Origin: Candidatus Latescibacterota bacterium
GTDB lineage: Bacteria > Latescibacterota > CBDEFO01
Direction: 5' to 3'
NCBI GenBank assembly: GCA_965237525.1
Contig: CBDEFO010000004.1
Coordinates: 492,595-556,594, forward strand
Length of the DNA stretch: 64,000 nucleotides
Shown: positions 50,047 to 59,644 of the stretch, piece after piece
How the letters are laid out: every line of letters begins with the position of its first letter
Position numbering within the stretch: position 1 is the stretch's first letter
Position numbers and translations under genes: made by a program
The notes under the pieces: model-generated
The model's database searches: none
Seen by the model: only the letters and a program-made list of their open reading frames with translations
Told to the model about the DNA's origin: nothing

Positions 50047-50136
50047 TTAGATTTGTTCCGCGTTGCGTCTCCGACGGGGTCGGGGGTTTCCAGCGCGCAA
50101 CACCCAAAGATTTCAACAAGCTATGTCATTTAGAGT

Positions 50137-50157
50137 CCCCAATTGAATCTATCGGAG
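50137..50157. repeat. 21-nt mini-palindrome, degenerate copy
   Basis: CCCCAATTGAATCTATCGGAG (19/21) inside a decayed GTCATT...GCGATCTC REP-like half. Confidence 0.8.
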
Positions 50158-50269
50158 AAGCCCGGAGCGAGTCGAAGGTCAGCGAAGCGATCTCAACCAT
50201 CGAGCAATTTCAATTGGGTTAAACAATAGGTCATACACGATTAAGGTTGAACTAAACTTGCTCTTTGAC

Positions 50270-50460
50270 AATTTGCTGATTAAGTAACCTTCGAAGCAGT
50301 TTTACTAAGTATTCGTTACGAAGATTTAATCGCCACTGTACCTCCTTTCGGTAGAGATGGAAATAGTGAGTTGGCACACCTCGGTAGTGATAGACCCAAT
50401 GCTTGGCGCACTATCAAAACTCTTCAATACCATTTATTCGCCATTCCCCATCTTAGACCC
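50270..50460 (-). pseudogene. IS1595-family transposase C-terminal remnant
   Basis: Manual translation RINGIEEF**CAKHWVYHYRGVPTHYFHLYRKEVQWRLNLR. Confidence 0.7.
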
Positions 50461-50519
50461 CAAAAATGTTTGTAAAGTCCCCAGAACATCTTATACTATA
50501 TGTAGATAAGACTCATAAA

Positions 50520-50735
50520 TGACGGATAGATATTGATCATGCAGAGGGTGAAAGCATAAATACAGAGATACTGCCGCTGCTCGAAAATCTCAACAGGCTG
50601 TCAGATATAAGTGGACTGTGGATTCAAGAAGGGACGAATCATTCTGGATTTGGACAGTTCCGAAAGCCCTGTACATGGCGAGCAGGACTGGTCAGCATAT
50701 AACTGTCAATTCCGGTGCACATGTCTCCATTGAGA
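50520..50735 (+). pseudogene. IS1380-family transposase internal remnant
   Basis: Manual translation IILDLDSSESPVHGEQDWSAYNCQFRCTCLH. Confidence 0.7.
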
Positions 50736-51097
50736 GGTGTCTCTAATTGGAAGATATAAGCACAAAAGAAAGTAATAATTCAGAGGAGAATGCTATTTTG
50801 ATTGAAAAAAGTACTTGTTGAAAAATGTAAAAGTGGCAATATTCATTCACGAACAAGATGCTAGCTAATTATAATCCCTTATAAATTTGATATGGGGAAT
50901 GTCGGATTAGAGGAGAGAGTGACCGTTTTGTTCCATGCCAGTCTCGATTTCGCCGTGAACTTCCGCAGAGGGCGCTCGCCAACAAAGGTTAGGAATAGCA
51001 CCTGTGAACGGCAACGGCGTAACGGCTCCGTAACGAGGTTGGCAACCGGAGTGGAGCGATTGGGGGACCGCTACGCCCAAGGTTTCCCCACTGGGAA

Positions 51098-52945
51098 TTG
51101 ACTGTTAGATTTGTGATCATTTCCCCTATCAAGACTTACCGGCTCGTTGCACCCATGAAATTACCTGCACGATTAAATCTATGCTGTTTCGACGGTGTTT
51201 GGAGCCAGGCATTGTCCAGGTTTCGGTGGGGTGCGGGCCTCTCTTTTAAGGTATTAAAACACCCTCTTGCCCTGTGTGCTGCTTTCTTGGAGCTCTCAGG
51301 TGACTCGGCCTTGGCAGACGAGGCGGTGGCTCAAGTGACCGTGATAAGAACTGTCGGCCTGCAGCCCCTGGATTGGGTGCTGATCGCAATTTACGCGATT
51401 TCCACGATCGGTCTGGGAGTCTACTTCAGCCGCAAACAGAATTCCACCGAGGAGTATTTCGTCGGTGGAGGCAACATAAACTCGCTCCTGATAGGCGTTT
51501 CGCTGTTCGCAACGCTGTTGAGCACGATCTCCTACTTGTCGATCCCCGGCGAGAGCGCTGGCAAAGGACCGGTTATTCTGTTCAGCCTGTTAGGCTACCC
51601 GCTGATCTATTTCATCATAGCGCACGTCCTGCTGCCAGTTTATATGCGACACCGCGTCACCAGCGCCTACGAGTTGCTGGAAGAAAGGCTGGGGTTGAGT
51701 ATACGCCTGTTAGGCGCGGTGATGTTCATTACGCTGCGTCTGTTCTGGATGACGCTGCTGGTTTATCTGGCCGCCAAGGCACTTACGGTGATGATGGGCG
51801 TTGATCCCAAATGGATACCGTTGATCGTGCTTGTAACCGGAGTGGTGTCGGTGATCTACACCACACTGGGTGGTCTTCGGGCGGTCGTGGTAACCGACTT
51901 CATGCAAACCATGCTGCTTTTTGGCGGTGCCTTGTTGGTGCTTCTGACCGTCAGCTGGAGTCTTGGTGGATTGGGGTGGTTCCCCACCACTTGGCACCCG
52001 AATTGGGATACGCAGCCCTTCTTCAGCTTTGATCCACAGACCCGTGTCACCGTGGTTGGTACCATCCTTTCGGTTCTTACTTGGTACGTTTGTACTGCTG
52101 GCGGGGATCAGACGGTCATCCAGCGTTTTATGGCGACGACTGATCTACGCGCGGCCCGCCGAGCAGTGGCCACGCAACTGACGGTTGGCGTGATCGTCGG
52201 GTTGACGCTGACCTTGGTCGGATTCGCTCTGTTGGGCTACTTTCAAGCGAATTCCGGTGATCTGCCGGAGGGCATGGACCTGAAAGCCAACGCCGATGAT
52301 CTATTTCCGCACTACATTGCCTTTTATCTTCCCATGGGCGTGTCCGGGCTAGTCGTCGCGGCGATGTTCGCGGCGGCCATGTCGAGTATCGATTCGGGAG
52401 TCAACTCGGTCACGGCTGTCGTCATGACCGATTTTCTGGATCGATTCGGCTTGAAGCCAAGAACCGAAAAGGGTCACGTGCTCGTGGCGCGGCTGTTGGC
52501 GCTGGGCATTGGCCTGACTGTGGTGCTGGGCAGCTCCTACATGGGATACATCCCCGGCAACATTACGGCCATGACGAACAAGACGGTCAACCTGCTGACG
52601 GCACCCATTTTCGGGCTCTTCTTTTTCGCCCTGTTCGTGCGGCGTGCGACGGCGCCGGGGGTCTGGATTGGAACAGTGCTGGCAATCGTTTCCGCAGCGT
52701 TGATCGCTTTTTCCGGTCCGCTGGTCTATTGGCTACACACGCAATTCGGTGTTGATCCGGCAATGTTTAACGTGGAAGTCATTACCAAGATCGACCCGGT
52801 CAGCGGCGAACCTTGGAAGACGTGCGTCGACCCGATCAGCTTTCAGTGGATTGGACCGGTGTCGCTGACGGTGAGCATCCTGGTGGGAACGGCGGTCAGC
52901 CTCATCCTCCCACGGCGCGATCTGCAGAAGGTGGAGCTCAAGTGA
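51098..52945 (+). CDS. Sodium:solute symporter (SSF) family transporter
   Basis: EEYFVGG, SLFAT..S, SAYE.LE.R.G, YTTLGGLRAVV.TD..Q, DQ..IQR, AAAMSSIDS..NS; true start probably downstream of 51098. Confidence 0.93.
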   Translation: MTVRFVIISPIKTYRLVAPMKLPARLNLCCFDGVWSQALSRFRWGAGLSFKVLKHPLALCAAFLELSGDSALADEAVAQVTVIRTVGLQPLDWVLIAIYAISTIGLGVYFSRKQNSTEEYFVGGGNINSLLIGVSLFATLLSTISYLSIPGESAGKGPVILFSLLGYPLIYFIIAHVLLPVYMRHRVTSAYELLEERLGLSIRLLGAVMFITLRLFWMTLLVYLAAKALTVMMGVDPKWIPLIVLVTGVVSVIYTTLGGLRAVVVTDFMQTMLLFGGALLVLLTVSWSLGGLGWFPTTWHPNWDTQPFFSFDPQTRVTVVGTILSVLTWYVCTAGGDQTVIQRFMATTDLRAARRAVATQLTVGVIVGLTLTLVGFALLGYFQANSGDLPEGMDLKANADDLFPHYIAFYLPMGVSGLVVAAMFAAAMSSIDSGVNSVTAVVMTDFLDRFGLKPRTEKGHVLVARLLALGIGLTVVLGSSYMGYIPGNITAMTNKTVNLLTAPIFGLFFFALFVRRATAPGVWIGTVLAIVSAALIAFSGPLVYWLHTQFGVDPAMFNVEVITKIDPVSGEPWKTCVDPISFQWIGPVSLTVSILVGTAVSLILPRRDLQKVELK

Positions 52946-52959
52946 GATTCTGGTCGTTC

Positions 52960-53520
52960 GACGAATTCGCTGCGGTGGACCTTCGTGATGGGACATTGCC
53001 GCATTCATAAGTAAGTACAGACTCAAGGTGACGAAGCTGCAGCCAAAATGAGGGTGAGTATGTAAAGGTTGTGATGAACACGGCCTTTTCTCTGGTAGAT
53101 GCCAAAGAACATACGTCTTCCTGAAGCTACCCGAACTCACTTACCAGATCGCCTACCACCAAAGATAGTCTCATCCATCTCAATCTGTCCTAAGAGAGTT
53201 AAGAGTTCCTTTGCCTACTGATCGTAGATTGTCACTCTAGGGATTCTAAACCATCGTTGAATCGTCTTAGGATCTAAAGGCACTGGGAATCTCAATAGTA
53301 ATTGCTGATACACCTAAAGAGAAAACGCTACCGGCCCGCCCCTCCAATAGGGAGACACTCTGGTTTTCTGCCAGCTGGTTTCGGTAAACCTTCTGGTTAA
53401 ACCACACCGCTAGCATCGTCTCTGGCCAGTAGAAAGTCTCCGAAATTTCTTACTGTCGCAGCAACGACGGATGAGCATGCATCAACTATACAGTAATGAC
53501 GCGAAGATCGCAATGTACTA
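52960..53520 (-). pseudogene. IS1595-family transposase N-terminal remnant
   Basis: Manual translation QIEMDETIFGGRRSGK*VRVASGRRMFFGIYQRKGRV; multiple stops and frameshifts. Confidence 0.7.
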
Positions 53521-53543
53521 GCTGCAATTCTGCTGGTTAATTA

Positions 53544-54830
53544 CTATATACTGAAAGGCTTGCCCGCTATCAGAACAGCGATATGTCCTCCAAAGCCATA
53601 AGACAGGGACATTATATTTTTTAAGGTCCTGGCGGCACCTTCGTTGGGTGTATAATCGAGGTCGCATTGGGGATCTATATTTTCCAGATTTATAGTTGGA
53701 TGGACGTAGTTGTTTTCCATACAGAGTAAAGATACGATAAACTCGACGCTCCCAGCGGCCCCCAGTAGATGCCCCATCATAGATTTGGTCGAACTTATGG
53801 CTACACTGTAGGCATTTTCTCCCAGCGCTCTTTTCATGGCTAAAGTTTCAGCTATATCCCCTTCTACCGTCCCTGTCGCATGAGCGTTAACATAATCTAT
53901 ATCTTTCGCGGAGAGATCAGCCCTCTGTATAGCGAGTTGGACAGCTCGACCTATAGTCTTTCCTCCGGGTTCGATAGCTGATACGTGATGGGCTTCAGAC
54001 ATTGCCACGGTAGAAAGTATCTCTCCATAGATACTGGCCTTCCGCCTTTTCGCTCCCTCCAAGGATTCCAAGACGACGATGCCGCATCCTTCACCGAGGA
54101 CGAATCCGTCCCTTTCGGCATCAAATGGGCGGGAGGCTTTTTGGGATAACGCTCCCATCTTGCTGAAGCCCCCTAATATCAGGGGAGTCAAGGAGGCGTC
54201 GCTGCTCCCGGCTATCATTAAGTCGGCTCTTCCCTCACTTATCAGGTGGGATGCCGAGATGATGGAATGAGCTCCGGTGGCGCACGCAGATACTATGCCG
54301 TAGGAAGGTCCCTCTAAACGTCGATCCCCGATTGAATCTATCGGGGATGATAGAAGTTTAGATACAGCTTGAGAGGCGGACGCCTGGTTTATGTTGAACC
54401 AGAGGTTTTTCGGAATCGATGAAGGGCCAGATCCCAAAAGGCGGGAGTGATATTTTTCGAAGGTGGATACGCCGCCTTTGCTGGAGCTGATAAGGACGCC
54501 TGTGCGCTCTTTCGAATCGGAGTCTAAGGCAAGTCCCCGATTGAATCTATCGGGGGCAAGCCCTGCGTCTTTTACTGCCTGTCTTGCTGCCGATAGGGCA
54601 AATTGGATAAAGCGATCATATCCGCTATCGCCGGGATCGGGTTCAAAATCACCAACCTGTGCTCCGATTTTGACGGGGAAGGGGTATTTCGCCCATTTCA
54701 GATGGGAGATGCCTGAGATTCCCTCTGAGACGTTCTTCCAGACTATCTCTTTTGAACATCCCAAGGGCGTGACGAGTCCGATGCCTGTGACTACAACTCT
54801 TTTCAAGTGGTGTGACCACTCCGTTGGCAT
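53544..54830 (-). CDS. fabF: Beta-ketoacyl-ACP synthase II family
   Basis: RVVVTGIG, SACATG, PFD..RDGFVLGEG, NAHATGT, STKSMMGHLLG and GFGG motifs. Confidence 0.88.
   Translation of the reverse strand: MPTEWSHHLKRVVVTGIGLVTPLGCSKEIVWKNVSEGISGISHLKWAKYPFPVKIGAQVGDFEPDPGDSGYDRFIQFALSAARQAVKDAGLAPDRFNRGLALDSDSKERTGVLISSSKGGVSTFEKYHSRLLGSGPSSIPKNLWFNINQASASQAVSKLLSSPIDSIGDRRLEGPSYGIVSACATGAHSIISASHLISEGRADLMIAGSSDASLTPLILGGFSKMGALSQKASRPFDAERDGFVLGEGCGIVVLESLEGAKRRKASIYGEILSTVAMSEAHHVSAIEPGGKTIGRAVQLAIQRADLSAKDIDYVNAHATGTVEGDIAETLAMKRALGENAYSVAISSTKSMMGHLLGAAGSVEFIVSLLCMENNYVHPTINLENIDPQCDLDYTPNEGAARTLKNIMSLSYGFGGHIAVLIAGKPFSI
54326..54346. repeat. 21-nt mini-palindrome, in-frame inside fabF
   Basis: Exact consensus; translated as SPIDSIGD. 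Confidence 0.95.
54535..54555. repeat. 21-nt mini-palindrome, second in-frame copy inside fabF
   Basis: Exact consensus, read in another frame (PDRFNRG); flanked by a GGCAAG direct repeat. Confidence 0.95.
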
Positions 54831-54973
54831 TTAGGGTCTTCGGATTGAGGATCAGAGTGTGGACCTCTATGGTCGGCTTTCCGCTTTCGAAATGGGAGAT
54901 TCATAGGGGCCAGGTAAGCTTGTCCCCACATTTAAACGATACGGAAAATCGGGCATGATGTAAAGGGAATTCT

Positions 54974-55891
54974 TCAGATCTTATGCGCCAGGACAACCCT
55001 ATCTATCCCATTGAAGTCCTTGACGATCTTTGGAGGGGTAAAAGCACGAAGTGGTCGCACCACTTTGAGGTCTCTGATTATCTGGAATACGGATTCTGAC
55101 TGTCCTAACCCTATCTCTAAGGCGAGGATCCCGCCAGATTTGAGGTATTCAAGGGACTGGGGGATAAGCCTCCTGTAGAAGTCGAGTCCGTCGTATCCGC
55201 CGTCAATGGCTCTATGGGATTCGTGATTTCTTATCTCGGCGAGAAGGTGCGGTATATCCGACCTCCTTACGTATGGAGGATTGGAGATTATAAGGTCAAA
55301 TTTGTTCTGGAGGTCGTATCTTTTGAAGGGATCGAAAAGGTCGCCGTGAAGGAACGTTATTTTAAAGGCGGTATCGTTGAGTCGGGAATTGTATCGGGCA
55401 AGTCTGAGAGATGGGAGGAATATGTCTGTGGCGTAGATGTGGATGCCGTGGATGTAGCGGGCAAGGGATACAGCTATGTTTCCTGCTCCTGTACCTATGT
55501 CGGCTGCCAGAAGTAGACGACTCTCTTTGCCTTTGAATCTGTCGAGGACGGTTTCTACGAGAATTTCAGTCTCAGGGCGCGGGATTAAGATCGGGGACTC
55601 GACTTTGAAGGGAAGGGACATAAACTCCGTCTTCCCAACGATGTACTGGAGTGGAATCCCTTTAATCCTTTTATTGAGTAGATAATGATAAGAGTCCAGT
55701 TCGTTCTGAGATAGAATACTATCGGGCTCAAGGTAGAGAGCAAACGAACTGTCAACGTCCAGAACATGACAAAGGAGCCTCTCTGCATTGAGCCGGGGAC
55801 TTTCAATGTCTCGGGAACTTAAAAACTGGATTGCATTGTTGAGGGCATCCCGGATAGATTCAATCGTGGAGAAGTTCTTATTCTCCGCCAT
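54974..55891 (-). CDS. prmC: Release factor glutamine methyltransferase
   Basis: [26 protein letters not shown] motifs; follows prfA. Confidence 0.95.
   Translation of the reverse strand: MAENKNFSTIESIRDALNNAIQFLSSRDIESPRLNAERLLCHVLDVDSSFALYLEPDSILSQNELDSYHYLLNKRIKGIPLQYIVGKTEFMSLPFKVESPILIPRPETEILVETVLDRFKGKESRLLLAADIGTGAGNIAVSLARYIHGIHIYATDIFLPSLRLARYNSRLNDTAFKITFLHGDLFDPFKRYDLQNKFDLIISNPPYVRRSDIPHLLAEIRNHESHRAIDGGYDGLDFYRRLIPQSLEYLKSGGILALEIGLGQSESVFQIIRDLKVVRPLRAFTPPKIVKDFNGIDRVVLAHKI
55849..55869. repeat. 21-nt mini-palindrome, reverse-orientation degenerate copy in prmC 5' end
   Basis: CCCGGATAGATTCAATCGTGG, 19/21 to the reverse complement; translated as STIESIRD. Confidence 0.7.
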
Positions 55892-56957
55892 CGTCTAATT
55901 GCGCTATCTTCTCGGCGTGGTCAGCTATGCGCACAGCGTCTACAAGTTCATCAATTGCACCTTCAAGGATGCCCTCGAGCTTGTGGAGCGTCAGATTGAT
56001 CCTGTGGTCGGTAACTCTGTTTTGAGGAAAGTTGTATGTTCTGATCTTTGCGCTCCTGTCTCCTGTCCCGATCTGTCTTCTCCTGTCGGACGAAAGTTTT
56101 TCCTGTTGTTCTCTGGTAGCAGCATCCAGGAGTCTGGAGCGGAGGACTTTGAGGGCTTTTGCTCTGTTCTTATGCTGGGATTTCTCATCCTGGCACTGGA
56201 CGGTGACGTTTGTAGGAAGGTGCGTGATTCTGACCGCTGAATCTGTGGTGTTAACACTCTGACCTCCGGGGCCTGAGGAGCGAAAGAAGTCTATTTTGAG
56301 GTCTTCAGGGTCTATTTCGACATCCACCTCCTCAGCTTCGGGGAGGATTGCGACGGAGGCTGCGGACGTGTGGATGCGCCCGCTCGATTCTGTTTGGGGG
56401 ACCCTTTGAACTCTGTGGACCCCACTTTCGTATTTCAGATCGCCATAGGCGTTTTTGCCCGAGACCGAAAAGATGATCTCCTTAAATCCACCTATTCCCG
56501 TCGGGTGTGAGCTTATGTGTTCGATCTGCCATCCTCTGTTTTCCGTATATCTGGAGTACATCCTGTAGAGGTCCGCCGCAAATAGGGCTGCCTCTTCCCC
56601 ACCGGTTCCAGCTCTTATTTCGACTATAGCGTTCTTCTCATCAGCGGGATCTTTAGATATAAGGAGAATCTTGAGTTCTTCTCCAAGCCGCTTTTCCTTT
56701 TCCTTCAATTCTTCAGCTTCTACACGGGCAAGTTCCACAAGCTCACCATCTTGAGAATCTTTGAGAATCTCCTTGGCTTCTAAAAGGTCATTTGAGACGG
56801 ACTTATGTTCCCTGTAGACTGAGACAGTCCTGCCCAGGTCACTATACTCCTTGGCCAGCTCCTGATAGCGGTTGTGGTCATTCACAGCCTGGGGTTCACC
56901 CAGGAGTTTTTCTATCTTTTCGTAGTGTTCCTCTATTTTATGAAGTTTTTCAAACAC
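55878..56957 (-). CDS. prfA: Peptide chain release factor 1
   Basis: [17 protein letters not shown] (PxT), GPGGQ, RTYNFPQ.RVTDHRI motifs. Confidence 0.97.
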   Translation of the reverse strand: MFEKLHKIEEHYEKIEKLLGEPQAVNDHNRYQELAKEYSDLGRTVSVYREHKSVSNDLLEAKEILKDSQDGELVELARVEAEELKEKEKRLGEELKILLISKDPADEKNAIVEIRAGTGGEEAALFAADLYRMYSRYTENRGWQIEHISSHPTGIGGFKEIIFSVSGKNAYGDLKYESGVHRVQRVPQTESSGRIHTSAASVAILPEAEEVDVEIDPEDLKIDFFRSSGPGGQSVNTTDSAVRITHLPTNVTVQCQDEKSQHKNRAKALKVLRSRLLDAATREQQEKLSSDRRRQIGTGDRSAKIRTYNFPQNRVTDHRINLTLHKLEGILEGAIDELVDAVRIADHAEKIAQLDDGGE

Positions 56958-56975
56958 TTCCTGTGCCCTTTTTAG

Positions 56976-57244
56976 CCCGATTAATTCATAAACTTGATGG
57001 AGTCATTGCGAGGAGCAAAGCGGTCCCCGATTAAGTCTATCGGGGAAGCAATCTCAAGGTTTTATAGTGGTCTCCAATGAGAGCCGGAGAGTATTACATC
57101 TACCACAGTAACCCCCGATTAAATCTATCGGAGGGATTGCTTCGCCCTCGGCTCGCAATGACACCGAAGGCGCTTAAACAACATAACTATAATATAATAC
57201 AATCCCTTAATTAATACACGGCCCTTTTGTGTAAATTATTCGGG
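56976..57244. mobile_element. MITE-like non-coding element, copy 2 (269 bp)
   Basis: Colinear with 49798-50046, TTAG flanks; mini-palindromes at 57025-57045 and 57113-57133. Confidence 0.82.
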
Positions 57245-57339
57245 TTAGTAACGATCCTCCCAAGCGCGGCTTTGAGCTCCGTGAGGGTCACCTCCAGCTG
57301 AGAGTAAGGAAGCTCATTTTGAGATCAGCTATCTGGAGC

Positions 57340-57564
57340 TTACTCCGCTTCTGTCTTTTCTTCCTTGTTCATTCCGTACTTACGCTTGAATCTTTCGACT
57401 CTGCCTGTCGAGTCCACAAGCTTCTGCCTGCCTGTGTAGAAGGGATGGCACTCAGCACAGATTTCAACTCTCAAGTTGGGAACTGTGGAGCGCGTCGTTA
57501 TGCTATTCCCGCAGGCGCAGGATATTGTGGTCTCTATATATTGAGGATGAATATCTTTTTTCAC
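57340..57564 (-). CDS. rpmE: 50S ribosomal protein L31 (Zn-binding type)
   Basis: MKKDIHP.Y, CACG, C..CHPFYTG, GRVERF. Confidence 0.97.
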   Translation of the reverse strand: MKKDIHPQYIETTISCACGNSITTRSTVPNLRVEICAECHPFYTGRQKLVDSTGRVERFKRKYGMNKEEKTEAE

Positions 57565-57660
57565 TACGAGATTCTCCTTTCACGGAGACCCAAAAAGTAT
57601 CGAAGAACTTCTTGGCGAAAAAGTTTTAACAGTTTAAAACTTCGACCTCTGTGTGCCCCA

Positions 57661-58941
57661 TTACTCATTCATAATTTCCAAAAATTCGTTGTTGCTTTGC
57701 GTAGCACTTATCTTTCTAAGGAGGAGTTCGATGGCCTCCGGAGGCGGCATCTGGTTGAGGATTTTCCTTAGTATCCAGGCTCTATTGAGCTCGTAGTCGG
57801 TCATCAGGAGTTCCTCTTTTCTTGTCGAAGACTGCGTCACATCTATAGCGGGGAAGATGCGGCGATTGGAGAGCTTTCTGTCGAGTTTAAGCTCCATATT
57901 TGCCGTCCCCTTGAACTCTTCGAAAATGACTTCGTCCATTCTGCTTCCGGTCTCAATAAGAGCGGTGGCGACTATTGTAAGGCTGCCTCCTTCTTCAATC
58001 TTCCGAGCAGCGCCTAGGAATTTTCTGGGACCAAGGAGAGCTGTGGCGTCCACTCCACCTGTCAGTATCCTCCCGCTGTGGGGAGTGACTGTGTTATGAG
58101 CCCTGGCCAGGCGCGTAATGCTGTCCAGGAGTATGACCACGTCTTTCTTATGCTCCACGAGTCTTCGGGCTTTTTCTATGACCATGTCGGCGACCTGGAC
58201 GTGTCTTGTAGCGGGCTCATCGAATGTGGAGCTTATGACCTCTCCGTCAACAGAACGCTGCATGTCGGTGACTTCCTCAGGACGTTCGTCTATTAGAAGA
58301 ACAATCAGGATCATGTCGGGATCGTTTGTTGTGATGCTGTTTGCGATCTGTTGTAAGAGCACTGTCTTGCCTGTGAAGGGGGGCGCTACAATAAGGCCCC
58401 TTTGTCCTTTCCCGATGGGGCACAGAAGATCTATTATGCGCGTGGAATACTCTTTGGGATCCCGTTCAAGCTTTATTCTCTCGTTAGGATGTACAGGCGT
58501 AAGGTTGTCAAAAAGGGGCTTATACTTGGCGACTTCAGGGTCTTCAAAATTTGTAGCTTCGACTCTCAAAAGAGCGTAGTATTTCTCACCTGCGCTCTCT
58601 TTGGGCGGACGTATCTGACCGGAGACGGTGTCGCCAGTTCTGAGGTTGAAGCGTTTGATCTGGGAGTGACCTACGTAGATATCGCCGGGGCCCTGAAGAT
58701 AGTTGGAACTGGGCGAGCGGAGGAAGCCGTAGCCGTCCTCGTGAACCTCAAGGACTCCTTTTGCAAAGATGAGACCATTCTGCTCCGTCTTCGTTTGCAG
58801 GATCGAAAATATCAGATTCTGCTTTCTGAGTCCGCTGTGTCCCGGTATTTGGAGCTCGTCTGCCAGTTCGTTCAGTTCAATGATGCTCTTTTGCTGGAGC
58901 TCTGCAATGTCCAGGTTTTCCATGTTTATAGTAGGGGACAT
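57661..58941 (-). CDS. rho: Transcription termination factor Rho
   Basis: GVLE...[42 protein letters not shown] motifs. Confidence 0.98.
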   Translation of the reverse strand: MSPTINMENLDIAELQQKSIIELNELADELQIPGHSGLRKQNLIFSILQTKTEQNGLIFAKGVLEVHEDGYGFLRSPSSNYLQGPGDIYVGHSQIKRFNLRTGDTVSGQIRPPKESAGEKYYALLRVEATNFEDPEVAKYKPLFDNLTPVHPNERIKLERDPKEYSTRIIDLLCPIGKGQRGLIVAPPFTGKTVLLQQIANSITTNDPDMILIVLLIDERPEEVTDMQRSVDGEVISSTFDEPATRHVQVADMVIEKARRLVEHKKDVVILLDSITRLARAHNTVTPHSGRILTGGVDATALLGPRKFLGAARKIEEGGSLTIVATALIETGSRMDEVIFEEFKGTANMELKLDRKLSNRRIFPAIDVTQSSTRKEELLMTDYELNRAWILRKILNQMPPPEAIELLLRKISATQSNNEFLEIMNE

Positions 58942-58997
58942 AACTCTCCTGCGGGGTTACTAAAATTAGATGAGATGACAAGCGCACACAACAGCAC

Positions 58998-59051
58998 AGG
59001 GATACCGTGCCTTTGATAGACAAAAGGGATCTCGTGCCTTTGAAAGACAAA
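58998..59051. repeat. 27-bp tandem duplication in rho leader
   Basis: AGGGATACCGTGCCTTTGATAGACAAA / AGGGATCTCGTGCCTTTGAAAGACAAA. Confidence 0.85.
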
Positions 59052-59644
59052 CTTGCACACTGCTGTTGGATGGTTCAACTATATATATCGGTATTATTTC
59101 GGAATAGTTTAGTTCTATAGGAAACCGAGAGAAGAATTGATCGGTGAAGTTACGGAGTACCTGTGGAAGAATGCCAATTGTGAGGTATTTCCAAAATCAC
59201 TAATCTAAAGCTTAAGAGAATTAAGACAGTTTGTCAAGTCTTTTTTCTGGATTGGGCACTATTTTCAAGATTTGACAGGACAAAACTAGGGTAGATAGGT
59301 GAGGGGAAAGACAGTCTAAGTGAGATTGCCTGGCTTTCCCCCAAAAGTTATTCAGTGCTTTTTGGGGATCCTTTCGCTGGCAATTACAGTTCAGAGACTA
59401 TCAGGGAAGTTGCGAGTCCTTTTGCGTTCCGGCATTGCGCAAGTGAACAGCCAATAATGTCTATCCTCCCAACCGCATTATGAACACGCAGGTGTAATGG
59501 ATCAGACCATTTCGTGGTTTGTTACCATCCGCCACAGCAAAGAGGTCGTCCTTATCTGTCTGACGAAGCAATCTGAGAGACCTCGCTTTGCGTACAATGA
59601 GGGTTTAGGAAGGGTTTAGGTTGGAACAGGTACCCTTATCTACT

